A DNA stretch of 64,000 bases from an uncultured Actinomycetes bacterium (GTDB lineage: Bacteria > Actinomycetota > UBA4738 > CALAEC01): contig CAZKFH010000001.1 of the NCBI GenBank assembly GCA_964551945.1, forward strand, positions 81,274 through 145,273, given 5' to 3'. The position numbers were made by a program, and so were the translations under genes. The notes beneath the pieces were generated by a model that saw only the letters and a list, made by a program, of their open reading frames with translations, was not told where the DNA came from and did not search any database. Of this stretch, positions 1 to 7,947 are shown piece by piece; position 1 is the stretch's first letter; every line of letters begins with the position of its first letter.

Positions 1-132
1 AGTCCCCATCCAGGGCTTGGACTCGGTCGGCGAGACCGCGGAGCCCGGTGCCGTGCGCGAGGTTGGCGCCGCCTTTTCCGTCGTCCGACACGGTGATCAC
101 GAGCTCGTCGGCCTCGACGCGCGCGGACACCT
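1..132 (-). CDS. partial ORF, N-terminal 44 aa resembling a histidine-kinase HATPase segment (…GTGLRGLADRV…); window-edge fragment, possibly a remnant
   Basis: Minus-strand ATG at 132 with in-frame stop just upstream (187-189). Motif typical of the sensor kinase ATPase C-terminus, but placed at the N-terminus of the ORF. Runs off the window. Confidence 0.2.
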
Positions 133-192
133 CGGCTTCCATGGCTCGCGCATCGGGGAACGCCCGGGGGTTCGGCGAGCGTGTCGCTAGTC

Positions 193-795
193 CTACTTGA
201 AGTCGCCGCGTGCCTGCTCGGCGCGTGACTGGCCGATCGCGGACTTCACGTCCTTCTTCTCCTCCGGCGGAGGGAGCACGGCCTTGAGGCCGAGTGACTC
301 GATCCACAGCTCACGGGCCCAGCCCATCGTGTGGTACAGGTGTTCGTCCTCCTGATCGGAGACCTCGTCGTAGGCCTCCTTGAGGAACTTCTTGATGTCG
401 CCGGTGGTTTCCTCGGTCAGGGTGCCGATCAGCTCCCAGTTCTGGTGGTCCTTCGTCTCCGCGTCGACCACCGCCTCCGCGGCAACGAGCTGGGCCGCCG
501 ACGGGTCTCCCGCTGAGAGCGCCGACTGCATCGACTGGACCAGCGCGGCGGCCTTGTCGCGGACGATCAGGCGGCCGGGAGTCTCGACCTGGGGGTCGAG
601 GCCGATGCTGTCGAACACGTGCGTGACGATCTCGACGTGCTTCCGGGTCTCCTCGAGGTACTTGGTCCACTCCTTCTTCAGGTCCTCGTTGATCGCGCAC
701 TTGATGGCGTTTTCGTAGATCTGGACGCCGCCGAGCTCCGTCTCCAGGGCCTGGTAGAGAAGCTCATTCACCTGTTCCTGTTTTGCCTGTGCCAT
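193..795 (-). CDS. ferritin-like (diiron E…ExxH…E…ExxH) domain protein
   Basis: 200-aa ORF; spaced glutamates and ExxH pairs (EETRKH, EDEHLYH) typical of the ferritin-like four-helix-bundle superfamily. Confidence 0.55.
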   Translation of the reverse strand: MAQAKQEQVNELLYQALETELGGVQIYENAIKCAINEDLKKEWTKYLEETRKHVEIVTHVFDSIGLDPQVETPGRLIVRDKAAALVQSMQSALSAGDPSAAQLVAAEAVVDAETKDHQNWELIGTLTEETTGDIKKFLKEAYDEVSDQEDEHLYHTMGWARELWIESLGLKAVLPPPEEKKDVKSAIGQSRAEQARGDFK

Positions 796-864
796 GCGGG
801 CCTCCTTTGGGTCGGTGTCTCGCTGATATACCTTCCCCGGGTCGGCCGTAAACGCAAAAAGGGA

Positions 865-1584
865 CTAATCGGGCGGCGAATCTCGGAGGCTCGACAACGC
901 CTCGGCCGAGTCGTCGGAGTCCCACCGCTCGACGACCGTGCCGTCCTCGAAATGCATGACCGTGATGCCCGTGATGGAGATCTGCTTGCCGGTCGCGGGG
1001 ATCCCCATCAGATCGCCGGTGTGAGTACCGGTGACCGTATATCTCGCGACGAGCTTGTCGCCCTCGCCGAACGCCTCATGGATATCGAGTCTCAGATCCG
1101 AGGTGGCGGCATGCATACCCTTGTACATACCCTCGACCGCCTCCCGGCTGGGGAAGTCGTAGGTCCCCGCGTGCAGCTTGATGCTGTCGGCGTACAGCTC
1201 CATGTAGGCGTCGACGTTGCCGGCGTTCCACGCCTCGACCGCGCGCGTGAGCGCGGCCGTGTTCTCATTGACGCCCATCGGTTTGAACGCGCCGGCCTGC
1301 TGATCGTAGGACTGGATCTCGCTGATCTCCAGACCCCGCTCGGTGAGCTCCTTGTGTACGGCGCGGAGGTCCGATGTCGTGATCTGAAGACCTTGCAGTG
1401 AACCGGGCTTCATGTCCGGTGTGCCGGGCCCCTTCACCATCGAGATCGAGCAGGCGGACCCGGGAGGCGTGAGCTGCACGACTCGGAACTCGTCGTTGGG
1501 CTGGTGGTCGACGTCGACGTTGAAGCCCAGCTTCTCGGTGTAGAACTCCTTGGCTCGGTCCACTTCCGAGACGGGAACCACCAC
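865..1584 (-). CDS. VOC/glyoxalase-domain fused to SnoaL-like (NTF2-fold ester cyclase) domain protein
   Basis: N-terminal ~120 aa match the glyoxalase/bleomycin-resistance fold; C-terminal ~120 aa match the SnoaL-like polyketide cyclase pattern. Confidence 0.6.
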   Translation of the reverse strand: MVVPVSEVDRAKEFYTEKLGFNVDVDHQPNDEFRVVQLTPPGSACSISMVKGPGTPDMKPGSLQGLQITTSDLRAVHKELTERGLEISEIQSYDQQAGAFKPMGVNENTAALTRAVEAWNAGNVDAYMELYADSIKLHAGTYDFPSREAVEGMYKGMHAATSDLRLDIHEAFGEGDKLVARYTVTGTHTGDLMGIPATGKQISITGITVMHFEDGTVVERWDSDDSAEALSSLRDSPPD

Positions 1585-1686
1585 AACCTCAACTTCATGT
1601 CCATGACCGGACCCTAACCGTAGGGAGCGGGGACACCCTGCCCCCGGGCACCGCCAGGCCCGTCGTCAGCGTGAGACGATTCGCTT

Positions 1687-2925
1687 GTGAACGACGAGAG
1701 GCACGCGCGGCTCGTGCCCGTCTCAGAGGACGCTCGTGTCGCCCCGATCGAGCTCTTCTTCGACCTGGTCTTCGTCTTCTCGTTGACCCAGGTGACCGCC
1801 CTGATGGGCGACGACCTGACCGAGCGTGGCATCCTTCGCGGCCTACTCGTCCTCGCGCTGCTCTGGTGGGCGTGGGTGGGGTACGCCTGGCTGGCCAACG
1901 TCGTGCAAGCGGACGAGGGGCTGGGCCGGGCATCGATGCTCGCTGCAATGGCCGCGATGTTCGTGGTCGCCGTCACCGTGCCCGAGGCCTTCGAGGATCT
2001 GCCCGGTGGGCTCGACGGACCGGTCGTGATCGCGTTCGCGTACCTGGCAGTGCGACTGCTGCATCTCGCGATGTTCGTGCTGCTGTCTGGCGACGATCCC
2101 GGGCTCAGGCGTCAGGTCTGGCGGTTCTCGCCATCGGTCTTCGGCAGCACCGCGGTCCTGCTGGTCGCGTCACAGCTCGAGGGGACGGCGCAGACACTCG
2201 CCTGGCTGGCCGCCCTGATCGTGGACTACGTGGGCACGATCCTCGCCGGCGCATCGGGCTGGAGGCTCCGCTCCGCGTCACACTTCGCCGAGCGGCACGG
2301 GCTGATCCTCATCGTCGCCCTCGGCGAGTCGATCGTCGCGATTGGCGTCGGCGTGGCGCAGATACCGATCGCGTGGCCGATCATCGTGGGGTCGGTGCTG
2401 GGTCTCGCGCTCGCCGGGTGTCTGTGGTGGGCGTACTTCGACGTTGTGTCGATCGCCGCGGAGCGAGCGCTCCGCCGCGCGACGGGGGAAAAGGCCGCGC
2501 GCCTCGCCCGAGATGCGTACAGCTACCTGCACCTGCCGATGGTCGCCGGCATCGTGCTGATGGCTCTGGGGATGGAGCAGGTGCTCGAGTACGTGGGGGA
2601 CGAGAGCTTGCACGGCGTTTCGGAGCCTCTCCCGGCCCTCCCGCTGGGTGCGCTGTACGGGGGAGTCGTGTGTTTCCTTCTCGCGCACGTCGCGTTCAAG
2701 TACCGGACGTGGCACCGCCTGTCGGTGCGACGGCTGGTTGTGGCTGCGCTCATGGTCGCGCTGATACCCGTGGCCGCGGAGCTCCCCGCCCTCGCGGCCC
2801 TGGGCCTGCTGGTCGCCGTCATGGTCGCGATGATCGGGACCGAGATGGTTCGCTACGCCGAGGATCGTGAACGGATCCGGCACGAGATGGGTGAGGGACA
2901 CGAGGAGGTCGGCACCTCGCACTGA
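1687..2925 (+). CDS. ltrA: low temperature requirement protein A (LtrA) family membrane protein
   Basis: 412 aa, multi-TM; N-terminal 'ELFFDLVFVF' signature of the LtrA family. Confidence 0.75.
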   Translation: MNDERHARLVPVSEDARVAPIELFFDLVFVFSLTQVTALMGDDLTERGILRGLLVLALLWWAWVGYAWLANVVQADEGLGRASMLAAMAAMFVVAVTVPEAFEDLPGGLDGPVVIAFAYLAVRLLHLAMFVLLSGDDPGLRRQVWRFSPSVFGSTAVLLVASQLEGTAQTLAWLAALIVDYVGTILAGASGWRLRSASHFAERHGLILIVALGESIVAIGVGVAQIPIAWPIIVGSVLGLALAGCLWWAYFDVVSIAAERALRRATGEKAARLARDAYSYLHLPMVAGIVLMALGMEQVLEYVGDESLHGVSEPLPALPLGALYGGVVCFLLAHVAFKYRTWHRLSVRRLVVAALMVALIPVAAELPALAALGLLVAVMVAMIGTEMVRYAEDRERIRHEMGEGHEEVGTSH

Positions 2926-2935
2926 CGGCTCCCGG

Positions 2936-3334
2936 TCAGAAGTCCTGGAGCACGGACAGGATGTTGCCGGACGGGTCCTTGAACCAGGCGATGCTCGGTC
3001 CCATCTTGGCTTCCAGGCCGCGGGCGATTCCTTTCTCGTCTTGCTCGAACGGGAAGCCCTCGTACCTCTCGAAGGTCACGCCGCGCGCGGACAATCCGTC
3101 GACGGCCTCGTCGATGTCCTCCACGGGGAAGTTGAGGATCGTGTAGCTCGCGGGTGTTGGGTTCTCGGTCTGATAGACGAGCGTGTCCCGTTCGCCGGCG
3201 AGGTGCAGCGTCATCAGTCCCATCTCCTTGTCCAGGATCGAGGTCTTCACCCCGAGTGTCTCGCCGTAGAACTTCTGGGCCTTGTCCAGGTCGTCGACCC
3301 CGATACCGCTGTATGCCTTGCTGTTCTCGAGCAT
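2936..3334 (-). CDS. VOC family (glyoxalase/bleomycin resistance/dioxygenase) protein
   Basis: 132 aa with the characteristic beta-alpha-beta-beta-beta module pattern ('YSGIGVDDLDKAQKFY…'). Confidence 0.7.
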   Translation of the reverse strand: MLENSKAYSGIGVDDLDKAQKFYGETLGVKTSILDKEMGLMTLHLAGERDTLVYQTENPTPASYTILNFPVEDIDEAVDGLSARGVTFERYEGFPFEQDEKGIARGLEAKMGPSIAWFKDPSGNILSVLQDF

Positions 3335-3396
3335 GGTTCCCTCCTTCTCCTAGCGTCTACTGGTCAGACCCCTGTCGCGCCGAGAACTCATCGCTC

Positions 3397-3795
3397 CTAG
3401 CGCCAGAGGCTGACGATGACCGAGACCAGGAGCAGCTTGAGCAGCCAGTCTCCCGCGTGGATGGTGGCGAGCTTCGGGGGCACGTTCTCCCAGATGACCG
3501 AGCCGACGAGGAGAACGAAGGGGAAGCCGACCCACATCGAGAGGGCGAGCAGGACGCCGCCGGGCGCATCGTCGATCTCGAGCTTCGCGGCCAGACACGC
3601 CAGGACGATGGCGACGATGAGGCTCCGAAGGATCTCGACGAGCATCTTCCACGCTGGCGGCCTCGACGCGCCGGGATCGGCGTAGGCGGGGTGCAAGGCC
3701 GCCATCTGCTTGGCGAACGCCATGTAGTAGACGGTGCTCAGGATGAACGCTGCGACGGCAGCAACGGCGACCGCCAGATAGTTGACCTCAAGCAT
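3397..3795 (-). CDS. DUF1761-like small integral membrane protein
   Basis: 132 aa, 4 predicted TM helices. Start codon overlaps the stop of the upstream gene (ATGA), so likely translationally coupled. Confidence 0.5.
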   Translation of the reverse strand: MLEVNYLAVAVAAVAAFILSTVYYMAFAKQMAALHPAYADPGASRPPAWKMLVEILRSLIVAIVLACLAAKLEIDDAPGGVLLALSMWVGFPFVLLVGSVIWENVPPKLATIHAGDWLLKLLLVSVIVSLWR

Positions 3796-4364
3796 CAGCT
3801 ATTTCCTTTCTCGAGCAGAGCCTTGAGGGGGCCAAGGCGCTCGCGCCAGTAGGCCTTCATCCTCTCCGCCGACTTCGCGTCAGGCAGGAGCTCGTGCTCG
3901 ACCGCAACCTGGCTCTTGGTCTTGCCGCTGGCGATGAACGTGACGCTGATCCGGGTGGCGCTGTCCTCCCAGTCGAACTTCGCGGAACGTCCGGGCTGAG
4001 CAGTGCGCTTGCGCAGCTTCGCCCCGGGCAGCCAGCGATTGCGCAGCCTGGTGTCGACGAACGCCTCGAAGAGACGCTCGACGGGAACGTTGACCGTCTT
4101 GCTGGCGCCGACCGTGAACGTGCCGCCGGGCCGAACACCGGCAGGGCGAAGCCCTCGAACCTGCTCGTACTCGACGATCAGCTTCTGCGCCCACCAGTGG
4201 CTGAGATCGTGCTCGGTCTTGAGCCAGTCGGCGATCTCCCGGAACGGCCGTCCCGCGGCACCCCATCCGTCGAGCAGGCCGAACCACTCCTCGCGGTCCC
4301 GGCCGGTCGCTCGCTGCACTCCGGTGGGCTGCGCCTCTCGCATCATCGTGCTGAGCGTATCCAT
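3795..4364 (-). CDS. DUF4287 N-terminal domain fused to SRPBCC (AHSA1/START-like) domain protein
   Basis: Start re-assigned to ATG at 4364, preceded by GGAGGAGG. N-terminal 'W…WxxKLxxEYE' DUF4287 pattern, then an SRPBCC-like C-terminus. Confidence 0.6.
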   Translation of the reverse strand: MDTLSTMMREAQPTGVQRATGRDREEWFGLLDGWGAAGRPFREIADWLKTEHDLSHWWAQKLIVEYEQVRGLRPAGVRPGGTFTVGASKTVNVPVERLFEAFVDTRLRNRWLPGAKLRKRTAQPGRSAKFDWEDSATRISVTFIASGKTKSQVAVEHELLPDAKSAERMKAYWRERLGPLKALLEKGNS

Positions 4365-4440
4365 ACCTCCTCCTCCGCGTCGCCTCCACTGAAGCGACGA
4401 ACGGGAGCGTCCGACTTCGACATCTTGGGGAGGAGACGGA

Positions 4441-5019
4441 TCAGGCGTCGGGTTGCAATCCTGCCAACGTGACGGTGACGAGACGGTGGACCGCCGCCTT
4501 GGTCGGCAGGCCCCTGGCTGCGGCGAGAGAGTGGAGGCAGTAGCTTGCGAGCTCCGCGGGCGCGACGTCCGTGCGGACAACACCGGTGGCAGCTCCCTCG
4601 ATCAGCAGGTCACGAACGATGTTGCGGAGCTGTTTCTCCGCCCGCGCAACCTGCTCGTCTCGATGGAGGAACGAAGCGAGCTCTGAGTCGTGATGCCCGC
4701 GGGTCTTGTGGGAGTTGAGGGCGAAGGCCTCAAGCACGGCCTCGAGCCGGGCCGCAGGGTCCTCGGCTCGATCGCGAACCTCGGCGAGGTGATGGAGGTG
4801 GTGGGAGATCTGATGCTCGTGCCAGGCGAGCAGGATCCCCTCGACGTCGGGGAAGTACTTGTACAACGTCGCTCGGCCGATGCCGGTCTCCTCGGCGATG
4901 CGGGACATCGTGACCGAGAGCAACCCCTGTTCGGCCACGATGGCGGCGGTGGTCTCCACGATCGCGTCGCGTACCTCACGGCGATGCGAATCGATCGTCT
5001 CGGTCCACAGCTTCGGCAC
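4441..5019 (-). CDS. TetR/AcrR family transcriptional regulator
   Basis: N-terminal HTH 'LSVTMSRIAEETGIGRATLYKYF' is the canonical TetR signature. Confidence 0.85.
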   Translation of the reverse strand: MPKLWTETIDSHRREVRDAIVETTAAIVAEQGLLSVTMSRIAEETGIGRATLYKYFPDVEGILLAWHEHQISHHLHHLAEVRDRAEDPAARLEAVLEAFALNSHKTRGHHDSELASFLHRDEQVARAEKQLRNIVRDLLIEGAATGVVRTDVAPAELASYCLHSLAAARGLPTKAAVHRLVTVTLAGLQPDA

Positions 5020-5053
5020 GCAGGCAGTATAACGTCGAAAGAGACATCTTGAG

Positions 5054-5083
5054 TTGACAGCGACACTCTGTCTCGATAGTGTC
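5054..5083 (+). promoter_or_regulatory. candidate promoter (TTGACA-N17-TAGTGT) with two nested inverted repeats; putative TetR operator
   Basis: gacag-N7-ctgtc (5056-5072) and gacact-N10-agtgtc (5062-5083) lie between the divergent TetR gene and the small membrane ORF. Confidence 0.5.
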
Positions 5084-5090
5084 CGGGCCC

Positions 5091-5246
5091 ATGCCGCGAT
5101 GGGTAAAGGTCTTCATCATCATCGGGATCGTGCTCGTTCTCGGATTCGTCATCTCGATGGTCGCCGGTGTCGATCACGGCCCGGGCATGCACACGCCTTC
5201 TAACGATCCCGGCAATCACTCACCGCCCGTGCAGCACGGCCCATAG
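5091..5246 (+). CDS. small hydrophobic membrane protein (51 aa)
   Basis: ATG at 5091: 'MPRWVKVFIIIGIVLVLGFVISMVAGVDHGPG…'. One TM helix. Absent from the ORF track because it is under 60 aa. Confidence 0.4.
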   Translation: MPRWVKVFIIIGIVLVLGFVISMVAGVDHGPGMHTPSNDPGNHSPPVQHGP

Positions 5247-5255
5247 GACAGCGCG

Positions 5256-5777
5256 ATGCTGATGCCTCCCAACGTCCGCAAGCTTGTGCTCGCGGTGCAT
5301 CTCACGATTTCGATCGGGTGGATCGGCGCGGTCGCTGCCTACATCGCCTTCGACATCGTCGCGGCGGCCGGCGGAGACGCGCAGCAGCTGCGCATCTCCT
5401 ATCTCGCGATGGAGCAGATCGCCCGGTATGTCATCGTTCCCCTGGCCATCGCGTCGCTGCTCACCGGATTCGTTGTGTCCCTCGGGACCAAATGGGGCCT
5501 CATCCGCCATTACTGGGTCGTGATTTCGCTCGCCCTGACGGCCTTCGCGACCCTCGTCTTGCTGAGGGAGATCCGGGTGATCGGCCATTACGCCGACGTG
5601 GCAGGCCACCCGGCGACGTCAAGCGAGGCGCTCCGCGAGCTGCCGAGCACATTGCTGCATTCTGTCGGGGGAATCGTGGTGTTACTGGTGATCTTGGTCC
5701 TCAACGTGTACAAGCCGCGGGGCCTGACCCGATACGGTCGACGCAAAGAGGAGCAGCGCGCGAGACCGGGTGCGTAA
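5256..5777 (+). CDS. integral membrane protein (4 TM, DUF2269-like)
   Basis: 173 aa hydrophobic ORF directly downstream of the small ORF; likely the same transcript and a TetR target. Confidence 0.5.
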   Translation: MLMPPNVRKLVLAVHLTISIGWIGAVAAYIAFDIVAAAGGDAQQLRISYLAMEQIARYVIVPLAIASLLTGFVVSLGTKWGLIRHYWVVISLALTAFATLVLLREIRVIGHYADVAGHPATSSEALRELPSTLLHSVGGIVVLLVILVLNVYKPRGLTRYGRRKEEQRARPGA

Positions 5778-5830
5778 AACGGCGTGTGGAATCACCTCTC
5801 ACGCGCAGCATGTGCGAGTATTCAATTCGC

Positions 5831-6406
5831 ATGACGGGTCGGTTCCTCGCGTTCGTCGCGTTCCTTCTCCTGGCTGCTTGCTCGTCCCCGTCACCTGGCG
5901 AGGCTAAGGTCGTCTCTCCTGAAGAGGGAGACATTGCGCCTCGGTTTGAGCTTCCAACCTCGAATGGCACGCGGATGTCGTTGGAGCAGCTCAGCGGGAG
6001 GTCGGTGCTCCTGTACTTCAGCATGGGTCCCGGTTGACTGCCGTGCATCGAGCAGGTCGTGGACCTGCAGGAGAGCCAGGCATTCGAGGCGCTTGGCGTC
6101 GAGCTCGTCAGCATCTCCCCGGACCACGTCGAGACGTGGCGCGAGGTCGGCGCCGAATACGGTCTCGAATCACCGCTTCTGTCGGATCCCCTCAATCGGG
6201 TTGCTGATCGCTACGGCGTCATGCGCTGGCGGGTGCCGCCGACAGCTGATATCGACTCAGCTGAGCCCGGCCACACCTTCGTTCTCGTCGACGAGGAAGG
6301 AAGGATCGCCTGGATCCAGGACTACGGCGCGCCGGAAAACGGCGGGCTGATGTACGTTCCGCCGGGGGACCTTCTCCCACAGATCGAACGCTCTCTTGCG
6401 GAGTAG
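5831..6406 (+). CDS. selenocysteine-containing BCP/PrxQ-type peroxiredoxin lipoprotein (TGA at 6035-6037 read as Sec)
   Basis: Lipobox 'LLLAAC'. 'GDIAPRFELP…VLLYFSMGPG-[TGA]-LPC…LLSDP' aligns with BCP 'GDIAPKFSLP…VLVYFYPKAMTPGC…LLSD'. The TGA falls on the peroxidatic Cys and the ORF continues in the same frame to 6406. Confidence 0.7.
6052..6068 (+). promoter_or_regulatory. putative SECIS hairpin (GCAGGUC-GUG-GACCUGC) 14 nt downstream of the in-frame UGA
   Basis: Perfect 7-bp stem with a GU-containing loop at the distance typical of bacterial SECIS elements. Confidence 0.55.
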
Positions 6407-6478
6407 CTTGGGAGGCGAGAGAGATGGATGACCTGGCCTTCTCGGTGGCCAGGGTGAATCCACCGAGGAGAGTGGCTC

Positions 6479-6934
6479 GTGAGGTGGGAGGAAAGGCGAG
6501 TCTCGGTTGTCGGACGCGTTGCCGTATGCGTTGTGGCGCTGGCTGGGGTGGGATGTGGCCCGGTCGGCGATGACGATGGCGCATCCGGTCCGCCGACGGC
6601 GGTGAGCCCAACGCCGGTTCGCATCGATCCGCGGTTCGAGGGCATCGCAACCGTCTCCGAGGCGGTCGAGGGGCTCGAACGAACGATCCAGGACGTCTAT
6701 CACCTGCAGGTGATCGATTCTCGCGACGGCCTCCTGCTCCTCGAGAGAGCGGAGGAGATCGAGAACGCGTACAAGCAGGGCAACATCACCGAGGCATTCG
6801 CGGGTCTTCAGGAAGCTCACGCCTTCATCGATGCGAGCGTGGCCCGGGGGCACCCTTCCTCGGAGGAAGGTGCCGGGCAGCTCCATCAGTCCATCAACGT
6901 GATGGGGGCGCTCATCGCGGCGAACCCCCCGTAG
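6479..6934 (+). CDS. hypothetical lipoprotein
   Basis: Signal/lipobox-like 'VVALAGVGC'; no recognisable domain. An antisense ORF overlaps but is less protein-like. Confidence 0.35.
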   Translation: MRWEERRVSVVGRVAVCVVALAGVGCGPVGDDDGASGPPTAVSPTPVRIDPRFEGIATVSEAVEGLERTIQDVYHLQVIDSRDGLLLLERAEEIENAYKQGNITEAFAGLQEAHAFIDASVARGHPSSEEGAGQLHQSINVMGALIAANPP

Positions 6935-6937
6935 GGT

Positions 6938-7489
6938 TCACTTCTTGATCAGGAAGGTCAGGCTGGTTCTCGAACCCACTTCCTGAACGCCGATCTTCTC
7001 CAGCTCGAGGCGTTCGAGCTCGCCGTCGGCAAAGAGTCGCAAGCCACTGCCGAGGATCACAGGCATGATGTCGACATGAAGTTCGTCCGCCAGTCCCGCG
7101 CGCAGGAGCTGGTTCAGGACGTCGACGCCACCGACCACCTGAACGGCCTTGTTCCCCGCCGCAGTCTTCGCCTGAGCGACCGCCGACTCGAGGCCGTCGG
7201 TCACGAAGGTGAACGTCAGCTTGTCGTCCTGTTTCGGGGCGACCTTTGGCGGGTGGTGGGTCAGCACGAAGATCGGGACTTGGAACTCGTAGGTGCCGAC
7301 GAACGAGTCGGGATCTCCCATCTCGAAAGTCCTTCTGCCCATGAGGACGGCACCGGTCTCCTCGATCATCTCTTTCATGTGGGTGGTCTCGCGGAGGTCC
7401 GCGAGGTCCGGATAGAGATCAGCCGCGCCGCTGTGATCGGCGACGAAGCCGTCCAAGGACATCGTCATGCCGACGATCACCTTTGTCAT
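6938..7489 (-). CDS. dihydrofolate reductase-like (RibD C-terminal domain) family protein
   Basis: 'MTMSLDGFVA…GRRTFE…VVGG' pattern of the RibD_C/YwjB reductase family. Confidence 0.75.
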   Translation of the reverse strand: MTKVIVGMTMSLDGFVADHSGAADLYPDLADLRETTHMKEMIEETGAVLMGRRTFEMGDPDSFVGTYEFQVPIFVLTHHPPKVAPKQDDKLTFTFVTDGLESAVAQAKTAAGNKAVQVVGGVDVLNQLLRAGLADELHVDIMPVILGSGLRLFADGELERLELEKIGVQEVGSRTSLTFLIKK

Positions 7490-7492
7490 GGT

Positions 7493-7915
7493 TCAGTCGC
7501 GCACGTGCATGTCGTATCGTTCGAAGAGGTCGGGGCCGGGCGCCTCCCCACGTTCGAGCAGAGAGATGAGCTCGCGCAGGTATGTGCCGAAGTTCATGCC
7601 GGGCGCGTGGATGTTGAGGAAGCGCGCTCGCTCGGGGACGGCGAATGAGTGGAGGGCGCCTGGGGGAGCGACGGCGAACGCGCCGGGGCCCAGCAGGACC
7701 GTCTCGCTCTCCGAGATCGCGACCTCCAGCTCACCTTCGAGAACGTAGAACGCGTCGGTGTGACGCTCGTGCGTGTGGAGCGGGGCCATGGGCGCCGTCT
7801 CCGCCGAATACTCGGTCAGGTGAAGGCCGTGGATGTCCACCTTCACGTCGCGAACGGACGTCCCGCTCGAGAGCGATTCGCCTCCCCCCGGCTGCACCAC
7901 GATCACCTTCTCCAT
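7493..7915 (-). CDS. cupin domain protein
   Basis: Start re-assigned to ATG at 7915 (GGAGGTA RBS). 'HTHERHTDAFYVLEGELEV' matches the cupin motifs. Confidence 0.65.
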   Translation of the reverse strand: MEKVIVVQPGGGESLSSGTSVRDVKVDIHGLHLTEYSAETAPMAPLHTHERHTDAFYVLEGELEVAISESETVLLGPGAFAVAPPGALHSFAVPERARFLNIHAPGMNFGTYLRELISLLERGEAPGPDLFERYDMHVRD

Positions 7916-7947
7916 GGCTCGGTACCTCCTTTGATCCAGGACGAGCG

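Noticed and set aside
1671-2870. 399-aa plus-strand ORF (Arg/Gly-rich) overlapping ltrA
   Set aside because: Alternate frame of the LtrA gene; low-complexity RG-rich translation.
6035-6037. Peroxiredoxin TGA as a nonsense mutation or frameshift
   Set aside because: Same frame on both sides, TGA at the peroxidatic Cys, hairpin 14 nt downstream. Sec is the more parsimonious reading.
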